Virus record (IMG/VR): IMGVR_UViG_3300011432_000014 | Origin: a virus | DNA length: 41,644 bases | Direction: 5' to 3' (one strand) | In this document: in pieces, positions 13,893 through 24,557 of the stretch | Layout: every line of letters starts with the position of its first letter | Position numbering within the stretch: position 1 is the stretch's first letter | The notes under the pieces: model-generated | Told to the model about the DNA's origin: nothing | The model's database searches: none | What the model saw: only the letters and a program-made list of their open reading frames with translations | Program-made: the position numbers and the translations under genes

Positions 13893-16471
13893 GCTCCATT
13901 TTCATATCCTTGAAACTTGTTTAACTCACTATTGTAAATTATCATTCCGTTTGCTGCCGTAAGTGCATCCCTCTGTGCTGTAGTTAATCTTCCAAGTAAT
14001 ACTGATGATGAAAATTTAGACGCACCAGTAACTTGCAATATTTCACCTTGTGCACTCGGTGAATTACTACCAAGTAAAGTAGGTCCTAAGAAATAATTGT
14101 TAGCCGTTCCATTAAAGTATGCGTTCCACTTGTTCGTTCCGGCAGATACACTACTTTGGAAACCTATATTGAAACCGCCTGAAGTTAAATCTTGGCAATA
14201 AAATCCTCTCAAATTACTAATTGTTGCTCCACCTGCTACACTTGTTCCCCATGCAAGATATAAATTAAGATTAGCAATAGTACCTGTATAGTTGGTAGCA
14301 TGGAAATCTACCCTGCTGGTAAATCCATTATAAGCCGTAACACCAAACGTAGAAGCTTGGAAAGTCATGTAATTCATAATGCTGTCAATAGTACCGACAG
14401 CTGCAGAAGGAGAAAGCGTTACTTGTGTATTTATCATTTGGGAATTACCTGCCGGAGTCGCTTGAGTTCCGATTATATTTATCTTACTATTTGCATTAGA
14501 ACCGTTAATGATTAACCTTGAACCAGCTAAAGTCATATTACCTGTAAAGTTGCTCGTTCCTGTAACTTGCAGTTTTTCAGTACCTGCTGTTTCTGTTGTT
14601 GAACCTATTAATAAATTACCAGTAAGATGATTAAGTGCAGTTCCTGCCATATAAAGATTCCAACGATTTGCTGATGCTGATAAATCACCTCTAAACGCAT
14701 AAGCATTTGTAGATAAGGGATTAACAGGTGCTCTAAATCCATACCAACTTCCAACCGTTATGGCTGAAGTATTGAGATTATTATTTGCTGTAAACATAGC
14801 CATGTGAGCAATGCTCCCTGTAAATGCTGAGCCTATGTTTATCTGAGCGAAACAACCATGCGCTGTATCAATTGCACATGAAGAGTTATTTATAGAAGTC
14901 AATACCTGAAGTCCTGCATACATATTAGCCATAGTTGCCGCTTGAGCATTAAGTTCGCTCTGTATAGTCAATATAGTATGAGAAGCAGTTCCTGTACTTA
15001 CATTTGTACCTTGAAGTGTCAACGTGCCAAGTCGATTAATTGTAAACTTTGATTGACTGTCTATCTGAAAATCAGCCAACAACCTTGAACCAGTTCCCTC
15101 TGTTGTTCTGATTGCATTTACTTTTAATGCTGCCCATCCACCTGTTCCTGATTGCGTTGAAGTGACTTCAAATAAAGCCAATGTTTCAACTGAAGAAGAA
15201 CTTGAAAATGTTTTTTTAACTTGTAACTTTTCGCCTGTACTTACTGTGTTGCCTATAAGAACAGCGTGGTCGGTTGCAGTGATACGCATTACTTCATTGG
15301 AAATATCACTTCCACCTGTTTGAAAGATAATAGGAGTAGTACCGCTTATGGCTACTTCCATATTGGTTTGCAAAATAAGACTGCTTGTTCCACCACTTGT
15401 ATATAAACGTGCTGTGTTTGACCAAGGTGTACCTACGCCACTACCATACGAAACACAAACTATTTCCGCACCTTCTGCATTCTTCACATGAAATCGGCTA
15501 CCAGTCGTAGATGAAGTTGACTGGAAAGTGGCATCAAGCCAACCGTTTACTGTATTGTTAATTTGTCCTGTAAACAGAGAATTACCAGTTACTTGAAATC
15601 GCTCTCCTGTATCTGTTTGACTACCTAAAAGTAAATTGTTACTAATATATTTAAAATTAGCATTGCTTATTATTGCACCTGCTCCATCACCGTATGCCAC
15701 AGAATTAGGAAGTATTGTAGTTCCGCCTCCGCCACCTGCTCCCCAAGTCCATACTCCACCAGTATTAGTAAGTACTCCATTGTTATTTGATGAAGGCATT
15801 TGGTAATTAAATCCTCTTAACTTAATATTTATCACTTCATCTGGTAAAGCAAATTGGAAAGACATATTTGCTGAAGCGTCTCTTCCAAGCATTATACTAC
15901 TATCAATTTGAATATCTTTATCAGGATTCATAGCACCTGCACCAATAGCTGTATTATTAACTCCAGTTGTGATATTACCAAGCGCATTAGTACCAACAGC
16001 GGTATTAAAATTTCCAGTTGTAATTTGCACTAAAGCAGAACCGCCAATAGCTATATTACCATGCCCTGCTGTTAAGTCATACCCTGCTCCATAACCTAAA
16101 AACGTATTGTTATTATTTGCATTGGTTTGTAAAAGTCCAGCTCTAACATTATTAACCCTAAATTCTAAATTTATATCATCAGTAGTACCAATAAAATTAT
16201 CAACAGGGTTAGTTCCTGCATTACCAGTCAAGTTCCAACCTGCTCCACCGCCTCCACCTACCGTTCTAAAGGTTGTGCCATCATTATCGACTTGTTTTAA
16301 TTGACCTGCAACCCAAAAGTATTTATTAGGTCTAAATTCAGGCGGTATAGCAGCAATAACTTCCGCCTCATTTGCATAATCTACAAATGTTGCACCTGAT
16401 AGCTTACGTTCACCTGCTTGAACTGGTTTCGGATGCGACTCATAACGGTTGTCGCTTCTAATCATGCTCAT
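13874..16471 (-). CDS. Tail fibre / receptor-binding protein
   Basis: 865 aa, G/N/T/S-rich; repeats such as GNIAIGGSAL..GNFNTAVGTNALGNITTGVNNTAIGAGAM; four (T)GE(K/R/I)LQVTG modules; C-terminal LTTAQRDALTAANGMIIYNSELNKFQGYENGAWVNLI. Confidence 0.8.
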   Translation of the reverse strand: MSMIRSDNRYESHPKPVQAGERKLSGATFVDYANEAEVIAAIPPEFRPNKYFWVAGQLKQVDNDGTTFRTVGGGGGAGWNLTGNAGTNPVDNFIGTTDDINLEFRVNNVRAGLLQTNANNNNTFLGYGAGYDLTAGHGNIAIGGSALVQITTGNFNTAVGTNALGNITTGVNNTAIGAGAMNPDKDIQIDSSIMLGRDASANMSFQFALPDEVINIKLRGFNYQMPSSNNNGVLTNTGGVWTWGAGGGGGTTILPNSVAYGDGAGAIISNANFKYISNNLLLGSQTDTGERFQVTGNSLFTGQINNTVNGWLDATFQSTSSTTGSRFHVKNAEGAEIVCVSYGSGVGTPWSNTARLYTSGGTSSLILQTNMEVAISGTTPIIFQTGGSDISNEVMRITATDHAVLIGNTVSTGEKLQVKKTFSSSSSVETLALFEVTSTQSGTGGWAALKVNAIRTTEGTGSRLLADFQIDSQSKFTINRLGTLTLQGTNVSTGTASHTILTIQSELNAQAATMANMYAGLQVLTSINNSSCAIDTAHGCFAQINIGSAFTGSIAHMAMFTANNNLNTSAITVGSWYGFRAPVNPLSTNAYAFRGDLSASANRWNLYMAGTALNHLTGNLLIGSTTETAGTEKLQVTGTSNFTGNMTLAGSRLIINGSNANSKINIIGTQATPAGNSQMINTQVTLSPSAAVGTIDSIMNYMTFQASTFGVTAYNGFTSRVDFHATNYTGTIANLNLYLAWGTSVAGGATISNLRGFYCQDLTSGGFNIGFQSSVSAGTNKWNAYFNGTANNYFLGPTLLGSNSPSAQGEILQVTGASKFSSSVLLGRLTTAQRDALTAANGMIIYNSELNKFQGYENGAWVNLI

Positions 16472-19400
16472 ACTTTAAAGTATTTAATTGTAGGTAATGT
16501 ACCATTAAAAAATGTCTTATATCTTGTAATGTAAAGAACATAAGTGTTTCCGCCAAACGTAACTGTTCTTGCTTCGAACAAATCTGTTACTGCTCCAATT
16601 TTTCCTGAATTGTTTGTGTCTACCATATCAGTCCAATTTGTTTTCAATTCTCCAGCCCAATGAGCCATCCAAAAATAAATTGGTGCAGGTTGATTAGTGT
16701 ATTGAATAACTATATCTTGCTTGAAATTGTCCGTAATGAAATCAACGAATGTAGGTGTACTTGAAGCATTTGTAGTAACTCCATAATAAATCTTTTTGCT
16801 TTCCTCGCTAACTCCAGGAAATGGTTTGAACTCGGTAAACGCATATCCGCTCGGATTTTCTTTTTGAGCAAAGTCGATTGAATAGTAATACATTGGATAA
16901 CCTGCAAGTCGGTCAACAGGTTCAATTCTTGCATCTTTGGCAATGACATAACTAACTCCTTGAATATACAAATCGTCTAATAATATTGTCAAACAAATCT
17001 TATTGTACAGCCAATCTGGGATACCAGTTCCATTGCCAAATAAGACAGTTCTTCGCTTTGTATTAATTGACTTGAGGTTGTCAAAGTTTCCTGTTTCGTC
17101 CTCATTGATAAGGAGTTCATTTGTACCAATCCATTTTTCAACGAGACCTTCAATTCTGATTTTACTTCTAAAACCGTTTGAGAACACAGTACCAACTTTG
17201 TTTTTAGGACTTCCTGCATCAATGAGTATTGTGCCATAATGTTTTACTTTTATTGAAACAAGTTCAGATATTGCTCCAACCATATCATCAGCAAACAACA
17301 TAAAATAGAAGTCACCTTCACCCAAAACTGAAAGGTCAACAACTACTTGTTTTAATTGCTCTGGAGCATATATTGGTGCAGGTGATACATCTACATAAAT
17401 ATATGAATCTACGAATTTGCCACAACCATCGTACACACCTAAACTTATTACTTTAGGTGTTTCAAAATTAGCAATAATTTGGTCTACGAGAATATCCGTC
17501 GTTTGGAGCTTTTGAATATAATCTGGTTGTGTCGACCATCTTTCGTTCCTATTCTCAAACCAATCATCGTGTAATTCTGCCCATTCCGACTCGTGGTCGT
17601 AACGTACCATGTGGAGCGTGTTATAGTCACTCCTGTAAACTGAGTCTGCCATATTAATAAAGATTGTTCCAGAATTTGATAAATTCATTATGTTAGATAA
17701 TGGAGTTACTGTTGACACGAGTAAGCTCCATCGCTCGACATTATTAGATACATCCTCGACAGACATTTTACCTATCGGCAAACAATGTATCTCAATTCCC
17801 TGATACGTAAACTTCACTAATCCACCTGAAGCGAAGTGTTTAACTTGTTCCACAAAAAAGAAAGGTGTTTCAACCGTACAACTAAAGATATATGGATAAA
17901 ACAATGAGGTATCAGGATAGTCAGATAACCGAACATCTGTATTTTCTTTTGTGGTAACTCCAGCAAGCGTCGTTGAAAACGTTCCGTTCTTATCTGCCGT
18001 TTCAAACTTTAAAACTGTATCTGGTTGTTGATAAAATATAGATTTCCAATAATCCATTCTGCTTAACAAATTATGTTTCGGAGTTAGTTCTGTATTAAAT
18101 ACAGAATAACCACCTGTCACAACAAGTCCAGTTTCCATTGTCCAATTGTTCTGATAGTATGTCTTATCGTTGTCGTAATTGTTCTCGCTGAAACCAATAA
18201 TGAATAACTTTTCATTAGGTAACATTGATATAGTTACATCGAAAGGTATATCATACCGAACAAGAGCATTGTACAAAGTCATAGGTACAATCTCATATAT
18301 AGTTCCATTGTTCTTTTGAAAATACCATTTGAATGTTTCTGCAAATCCAAACATTACAGAAATCGTTCCTCTAATTCTGAATACGTTAGTTCCAGATTCA
18401 TTTCTTAATATCCACCTGTCGTCATTGGTTGCTAAATCAAAACCAACTAAATCTTGATAAGGTGAATTACCGGAAGTGTATCCAGATACTATGCCTGAAT
18501 TACTTACAAAACTAACTCCCAATGTAGTTTCTCCATCAGGCGGAATGTTTGCTGCATTGTGACTGTAGGTTATGGTGTTTAAGGTATTTAATCCCTTGTC
18601 AATGATAACTCCTTGAATATCGTCGTAAGCCGGTCTGTTGAGTTTAAATCCAACTATTTTAACTGCAACATTTCTTATTTCTAATGAAGTCGATATAATG
18701 TGGTTTCCATTAGGGATAGGTGTTAGTGTATCTCCTGAAGGTTTAGTCAACGGCACAACTTGAAATGCCCAACTGCCATTAGCATCAGCAGTTGCACTTC
18801 CTATTTCTGTTTCCCAATAGTCAAGATAAATATGCACAATTGTAGTAGGTAACGCAACACCTCTTATTAATGGTGTATTGTCTTGTATCGGCATAAATCC
18901 AGTCCAATAACCAACCGAAGTAATAAGGGGAATATCAACATGAGAATTAACGGTAAACGAAATAGAATAAGCACCTATTGACATGGTATTTATCCCATTA
19001 GGCAAAGGTACTTTAAAACTAAATCTACAATTACCATCTCCTGTGATATCCCCTTGATTTACTCCATTTATCACCAGTGTTTCAGTTGTTCCAGCTTTGA
19101 TGAAACCCATAACTAAAGGCATATTGTCATAAAGAAAATCTCCATCGTGTACATTCTCGAAAGACGGAGATACAGGCCTGTCCATAATAGTAACAGTCCT
19201 CGCCGAAATGACTCCGGTTAAATCAGTAAATGTTAACTCAATTGTGTGAACACCTGTGCTAACATCAGCTACATATGCAGATAAAGGTGTTTGAATAGTA
19301 TAACCAAATTCTCCTGTTGGGTTTGCACTACTTGTTCCATCAAGAACTCCATCCACATAAATAAAAAAATTCATACTCGGTTGACATACACCTCGAATAA

Positions 19401-21174
19401 TCGGTGTATCATTATCTATAATATCGTTGTCATAAGGAAAATATATTATAGGAGATAACGGTTCACTATTAACCTCCAGATTTAAAAAGTTGTTTATATG
19501 AGTATCTATTGCAACCTTTTCATCTGTAATATCAACCATGAAAACAGTATCATCTCCAGAATTATCTTTCGTACTTTGTTTCTGGTAATCCAACCTAATA
19601 AACTCCATTCCATAGCAATCTTTACGATACGGAGAAACGAGCGATAATTTGTTCTTGACGTTATATTGTACCATCGAGAACGTATTCAAAGCATTGAACT
19701 CAAGCCTACCACTTGAACGTCGGTAGTCTTGTTTGTTCATGTTTAATTCTGTTTCATTGCACAAATAGTCATAGGCATCTTCTATTTCAACATCTTTAAC
19801 TTCACCTATGTCAAACAAATTAGTTGCAGGGTCGTATATAGCTTGAACAGGTTCAATCCACATTACATCCTCATCCAATCTAAACGCTTGCCATTTTTCA
19901 ACATCATAAGACCTAAACCAATCCCTAAATGAAGTCTTAATAGTCGAATTAGGTGCTTGACGTAACGCATCACCACAAGTAAGGACTTTATTTTTGTTTG
20001 TGGAATAGAAATCAGAATTAGTAATGAACTGATTATTTGTTGCTCTCCCAACAACTTCTCTAACAACGTCAAGCGGTCTTCTACAATACACTATTGAAGC
20101 ATCTGCTTTGGTCATTGCAGATAAAGAAAAATTTGTAACGTTAAAATGCACTCTCATATTCCTTGCTTCGTTATCATACAAAGCCATTTCAAGAAATATA
20201 GCTTCTCCACCTGCAACAAAATAATCAAAGTTAAAGTCTATATTATATTGAAAGTTTTCAATTACAGGGTCTGGTGCTCCATTTTTATTGAATATATATT
20301 TCTTTTCATCTGGAGTAAACCATGACTCACTGCTTTTCACAAATGCAATTTCAAGTCCACCTGCAGGAGGGTCGTCTGTTAATACCATGAATGAAACTCT
20401 ACCTTGAATATTGACAACTGTATTTCTTATCGACCTATAAATATAGTTAGGGTCTGCTGGATTGTCTATTAAACCTGATGAATTGTTTATTTTAATTGTA
20501 CTCAAAGGTGGTGGTGCTTGAGAAATAACTCCTGCACTATCTCCGTCAATGTTTATTATTACGACAGGTACAGTAAAATAAGGGTCTGCTGGAAATCCGG
20601 CATTAGCACCTATTGGTGCAACCATATCTATAAATTGATAAGTCCATTTAGCCTTGAGAGTTATACCATCAAACACAACAGGTATAGTTAATGGATTAGC
20701 AGGGTTGCAATCAATAGCATATTTAACATCGTCATTTTGAGAAAGTATTCCCCATGCAGTAGTATCTATACAAGGAACAGAATAACCAACAACAGTATCT
20801 TTTGTTTGAGATAAATCCAATCTTCCTTCATAGTAAGCATCAAACAAACCATTGTAAGGATTAAAACGTTCAACTGAAAAATAAACTTCTTCAGCATACC
20901 CACGTCCCTCATATTTAATTGCTCTTAGTATATCTGAACCATCACCTACAAATATAAAATTCATTAATAAAGCACGAACTCCAGAAAAGTAATTTTTATT
21001 CGTTCCGAAAGATAGTTGCATTTCTTTCAGATTAGAAGGGTTGATATCTAATGGAGTTTTTGTTACACCTTTAGTTACAACAACCCTTCCGAGATTATTA
21101 TACGTTGAAGTAAAATATTCTCCAGTCTTATTATACAAATAACAATACCACTCTTGTTGATTAGTCCTATCCAC
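16468..21174 (-). CDS. Giant distal-tail / baseplate-hub host-specificity protein with three Ig-like repeats (GTG start in the track; true start uncertain)
   Basis: 1568 aa directly after the tape measure; three repeats: DNDTPIIRGVCQPSMNFFIYVDG.., DNMPLVMGFIKAGTTETLVINGV.., QDNTPLIRGVALPTTIVHIYLDY..ADANGSWAFQV. Confidence 0.75.
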   Translation of the reverse strand: MDRTNQQEWYCYLYNKTGEYFTSTYNNLGRVVVTKGVTKTPLDINPSNLKEMQLSFGTNKNYFSGVRALLMNFIFVGDGSDILRAIKYEGRGYAEEVYFSVERFNPYNGLFDAYYEGRLDLSQTKDTVVGYSVPCIDTTAWGILSQNDDVKYAIDCNPANPLTIPVVFDGITLKAKWTYQFIDMVAPIGANAGFPADPYFTVPVVIINIDGDSAGVISQAPPPLSTIKINNSSGLIDNPADPNYIYRSIRNTVVNIQGRVSFMVLTDDPPAGGLEIAFVKSSESWFTPDEKKYIFNKNGAPDPVIENFQYNIDFNFDYFVAGGEAIFLEMALYDNEARNMRVHFNVTNFSLSAMTKADASIVYCRRPLDVVREVVGRATNNQFITNSDFYSTNKNKVLTCGDALRQAPNSTIKTSFRDWFRSYDVEKWQAFRLDEDVMWIEPVQAIYDPATNLFDIGEVKDVEIEDAYDYLCNETELNMNKQDYRRSSGRLEFNALNTFSMVQYNVKNKLSLVSPYRKDCYGMEFIRLDYQKQSTKDNSGDDTVFMVDITDEKVAIDTHINNFLNLEVNSEPLSPIIYFPYDNDIIDNDTPIIRGVCQPSMNFFIYVDGVLDGTSSANPTGEFGYTIQTPLSAYVADVSTGVHTIELTFTDLTGVISARTVTIMDRPVSPSFENVHDGDFLYDNMPLVMGFIKAGTTETLVINGVNQGDITGDGNCRFSFKVPLPNGINTMSIGAYSISFTVNSHVDIPLITSVGYWTGFMPIQDNTPLIRGVALPTTIVHIYLDYWETEIGSATADANGSWAFQVVPLTKPSGDTLTPIPNGNHIISTSLEIRNVAVKIVGFKLNRPAYDDIQGVIIDKGLNTLNTITYSHNAANIPPDGETTLGVSFVSNSGIVSGYTSGNSPYQDLVGFDLATNDDRWILRNESGTNVFRIRGTISVMFGFAETFKWYFQKNNGTIYEIVPMTLYNALVRYDIPFDVTISMLPNEKLFIIGFSENNYDNDKTYYQNNWTMETGLVVTGGYSVFNTELTPKHNLLSRMDYWKSIFYQQPDTVLKFETADKNGTFSTTLAGVTTKENTDVRLSDYPDTSLFYPYIFSCTVETPFFFVEQVKHFASGGLVKFTYQGIEIHCLPIGKMSVEDVSNNVERWSLLVSTVTPLSNIMNLSNSGTIFINMADSVYRSDYNTLHMVRYDHESEWAELHDDWFENRNERWSTQPDYIQKLQTTDILVDQIIANFETPKVISLGVYDGCGKFVDSYIYVDVSPAPIYAPEQLKQVVVDLSVLGEGDFYFMLFADDMVGAISELVSIKVKHYGTILIDAGSPKNKVGTVFSNGFRSKIRIEGLVEKWIGTNELLINEDETGNFDNLKSINTKRRTVLFGNGTGIPDWLYNKICLTILLDDLYIQGVSYVIAKDARIEPVDRLAGYPMYYYSIDFAQKENPSGYAFTEFKPFPGVSEESKKIYYGVTTNASSTPTFVDFITDNFKQDIVIQYTNQPAPIYFWMAHWAGELKTNWTDMVDTNNSGKIGAVTDLFEARTVTFGGNTYVLYITRYKTFFNGTLPTIKYFKV

Positions 21175-21188
21175 TTAGTTTGATTTTA

Positions 21189-21205
21189 CCACAAAAAGAA
21201 AAATG
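21189..21205 (-). promoter_or_regulatory. Conserved element CATTTTTCTTTTTGTGGTAAA, 14 nt upstream of the 21174 start
   Basis: Plus strand CCACAAAAAGAAAAATG. Confidence 0.55.
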
Positions 21206-21215
21206 TTTGTTAAAT

Positions 21216-24200
21216 TTATTCTAAACCGTGAAGTATCCTGTTTTGATATAGTTTTGAGCCCAAGTCAACATTGATTTTAGGTTTGAAAACATTCTTGATT
21301 TCTCTTTTGGATTTTGCAATTGCCTTACCAAGATAAAGTGTTTGCGCCCAAGACGAATCTTGCTTTTCCGGTATGACAGGTATCTTATACAATGGTATAA
21401 GTTCCGTTCCAGCAGATAAATGTTTTATCGTAGGTTTGTCTGCAATGTACGCAGCACGTCTTGGCTCTTTAACCAATTCAGCACCTGCTTCACCAAACAA
21501 TGCAAGACCATCTGATTTGTGAATACCACCTTCAGCATAAGCCGGTATTTTAGTTGCCAATGCAGTAGCAAGTTGAGCAGCACCGAGCGCACCTATGGAT
21601 ATTGCTAACGGAATACCAAGACCACCTTCTATTTTTAATGCGTTGACTATTGCAACAGTAGTTCCTAAGATGATTTCTGATATAGCAACTTCTTTGTTAA
21701 ACACTGCTTGGTCGTGTTTTATTTTTCTTTCTTGGCGAGCAAATTCTTCATCCCTTGCAGCTTTCTGAGCTTGCAATTGAACTTCGTAGGCGTTCTTCTC
21801 TTTTTCTGACAAGGTAGAACGTTGAAGTGCCTCAATCTCGGCATCGGCAGTTTTGTCATATTCTTCTTGTAATTTTTGAAGTTGTTCAATACGAGATTCA
21901 AATGCAGCATTTCCGATTGTCTGAATTAGATTAAACATTTCTTTCTCAAATGCTTCCCAATTAGCTTCAATTTGTTTTTGAGCTTCTTCATCAGCTTTTA
22001 TACGTTTGACAACTGAATCTTGTGCAGTTTTCAATCTATGTTTAGCTGCTTGGTCATTAGTATCGTCAATCTGTTTTTGCATCTTATCATATTCATCTTT
22101 AAAACCTTTAGCCAAACCACGAGCTGTATCACCGCCACCAGATGCTATTGAATAAATTGCAGTTTGAAGTTTTGCCTTAACATCATTTTGCAATCCTGTT
22201 AATCTTTTAATCTCTTTTTGGTCGTCAACTTCTTGAGCTTTATCTATTTTAATACGAGAGTTGAATTCAAGTTCTTCAACTTTCTTTCTGTATTCCTTAT
22301 ACGATATTTCTTTTTTGTTGAATGATTCTGTTAAAATAGTAAGCTCTTTTGTTGCTACATCTTGTGCAGCAGAAACATTTTTATCAGATTGAAGTTTGAG
22401 TTGTTTATATTGTATATCAAACCATGAAGTTGCAATATCATAAGATTGTTTGTAAAGGTCATTTTGAATATCAGCAATTTTAGCATTTTTCTTTGATTCT
22501 AGTTCAGCTAATGCTTCTTTAAGAAAGTCTGGTGCAACGGTCTTTTTTGCTTTTGCAACATCTGCATTATATTGAGTTATTGCCGCATCCTCTCTATCTT
22601 GATTGTATTTTGCATAAGCAGATATACGAGTATCAAAAGTATTTTGCTCATTTTCCATTACTTTTTTATCTGTAATTTGATGAATACGTATTTGTTCTTG
22701 TGCAGCTAATAATTGATATTCTGAATGTTTAAGATAAGAAGTTAATACTATCTTATTTACATCTTCAGCCAAATCATTTTCTATCTTTACAACTGCAACG
22801 GCATAATCTTTACGTGCCTGAAGTATTTCAGTTTCAGTTGCATTTGCATTAGATAAAACAGAAGTTCTTTTAGCTAAAGCTATATCAGCTTCTGCTTTTG
22901 ATATTGCTCTTGTTGCAGCAATCCTTTGCTCTTCAGTAGACAACACATCATTTAATATCTTTTTATTATTATCTTTAATAATATTCAACCTTGCTTCTTC
23001 ATTTATCAATGTTTGCTTTATTGCTTCTGTTGAAAAATATTTAGCTCGTTTTGCTCTTTCTTCATCCATTGCAGCTCCTGCATCTGTTTGCCCTTGAAGT
23101 GCATCGGTAATTGTACCCAATCTATCTTTTGCAGCATCAGTTTTACTATCAAGTAATTTCAACTCTTCATCAAGTCTTTCTCTATTTTTTTTCATGCCTG
23201 CAACAGCTCCAGATTTTGCTATCGCTTTAGCAACAAATCCCTCGAATGGTAATTTTTCTTCTTGTTTAACTTTTATCTTTTTATCTTGTTCTTCTATTTT
23301 ATTTACTATTTTTTGTCTTTGCTCTGTAAAAGATTCAAGTTGTGTTACCAATGTAGCCTGTTCGGCAAAAGTAGATTTCGTGTCTGTAACACGATTATCA
23401 GCTCCTTCTTTTACAGCCTTGTTATATTTATCAATATCATCAGTTTGCTGTTTGTAATTTTCGCCACCAGCAGCAGCTAATTCTTTTTGTCTTTTAAGAT
23501 AATCAGCATTATGTTTATCGCTTACCTCTAAAGCATCAGCTTGGTCTACTAATGCTTTATTCATGTTTTTTATACTTTCAGTCATTCTATTTTCATATTC
23601 AACAGCATCTTTCAAACTATCTTTGAAAAAACCAAGCTCTTCAACTACTTTCATAATTGCTTCACCTATAAGACCAAATATGCCAGCAATACCAAGTCCA
23701 GGAATAATATAAGCTAAATTACGAACAAGACTTAAATTATTAGTTAACATTTTTCCAAGATTCTCCATTGCACCGCCACTTGCACCAGTCTTACCAACTG
23801 CAGTATTAATTTTATCTATTGCTGTTGATACACCAGTTAATTCATTTGCAAGCTCATTTCGAGCAGCTTTAGGTGCACCGCTAATAAGAGCATTTTGATA
23901 TCTTACTCTTAAATCGGCTCTTTGTTGCAAAAGTCTCTTATATAAATCATTTTCTTTAAGCATAGCCCTTCCATTAGCTTCAGCTGTTTGGTTTGCATCT
24001 TTAATCTTGTTTTTATTTTCTGTTTTTTCTTCAGCTACTAATTTTTTAAACCCAGACTCGTATTCATTATTAGCCTGAGTTTTTTTCTTTTGGTTTGCCT
24101 TTTCTTCTTCAGCTATTAATTTATTAAGTTCTCTTTCGTCTTCGAGAAGTTTCATCCTCTGCTGATACCTTGCGTTATTCTCTTGAGCATTTTTAATCAT

Positions 24201-24557
24201 CTCCTTATTCACTTCTTGCAATTCAACCTTTGTAGCAACAGCGGCTTTAGCAACATCGCTTTCTGATGCAGCAATTTTAGCATTATTAGAAGCCACTTGA
24301 GCAGCCAAGTCGTTATGAGTCTTCATTGCAAGACCCAAATCTGTCATTTTTACCGTAAGTCCTTCTACTGCAACTTGTTGAGCTTTAGTTGCTGTAATGA
24401 GTTCTGATAACCCAGAAACATTTATAGGCGAAATTTTCATTCCGTCATACTTCTTGAGTTCATTATATAACCCTACGACTATCGCTTCTACCTGTGCTGC
24501 CTGTTCAGTAAGCTCTGGAATATTAAATCCTACTGAGAGCAAGTTTTGCTGACTCAT
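21216..24557 (-). CDS. Tail tape measure protein
   Basis: 1113 aa, long coiled-coil K/E/A/Q-rich; hydrophobic segments NLAYIIPGLGIAGIFGLIGEAI and GGLGIPLAISIGALGAAQLATALA; lies between the chaperone genes and the distal tail genes. Confidence 0.9.
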   Translation of the reverse strand: MSQQNLLSVGFNIPELTEQAAQVEAIVVGLYNELKKYDGMKISPINVSGLSELITATKAQQVAVEGLTVKMTDLGLAMKTHNDLAAQVASNNAKIAASESDVAKAAVATKVELQEVNKEMIKNAQENNARYQQRMKLLEDERELNKLIAEEEKANQKKKTQANNEYESGFKKLVAEEKTENKNKIKDANQTAEANGRAMLKENDLYKRLLQQRADLRVRYQNALISGAPKAARNELANELTGVSTAIDKINTAVGKTGASGGAMENLGKMLTNNLSLVRNLAYIIPGLGIAGIFGLIGEAIMKVVEELGFFKDSLKDAVEYENRMTESIKNMNKALVDQADALEVSDKHNADYLKRQKELAAAGGENYKQQTDDIDKYNKAVKEGADNRVTDTKSTFAEQATLVTQLESFTEQRQKIVNKIEEQDKKIKVKQEEKLPFEGFVAKAIAKSGAVAGMKKNRERLDEELKLLDSKTDAAKDRLGTITDALQGQTDAGAAMDEERAKRAKYFSTEAIKQTLINEEARLNIIKDNNKKILNDVLSTEEQRIAATRAISKAEADIALAKRTSVLSNANATETEILQARKDYAVAVVKIENDLAEDVNKIVLTSYLKHSEYQLLAAQEQIRIHQITDKKVMENEQNTFDTRISAYAKYNQDREDAAITQYNADVAKAKKTVAPDFLKEALAELESKKNAKIADIQNDLYKQSYDIATSWFDIQYKQLKLQSDKNVSAAQDVATKELTILTESFNKKEISYKEYRKKVEELEFNSRIKIDKAQEVDDQKEIKRLTGLQNDVKAKLQTAIYSIASGGGDTARGLAKGFKDEYDKMQKQIDDTNDQAAKHRLKTAQDSVVKRIKADEEAQKQIEANWEAFEKEMFNLIQTIGNAAFESRIEQLQKLQEEYDKTADAEIEALQRSTLSEKEKNAYEVQLQAQKAARDEEFARQERKIKHDQAVFNKEVAISEIILGTTVAIVNALKIEGGLGIPLAISIGALGAAQLATALATKIPAYAEGGIHKSDGLALFGEAGAELVKEPRRAAYIADKPTIKHLSAGTELIPLYKIPVIPEKQDSSWAQTLYLGKAIAKSKREIKNVFKPKINVDLGSKLYQNRILHGLE

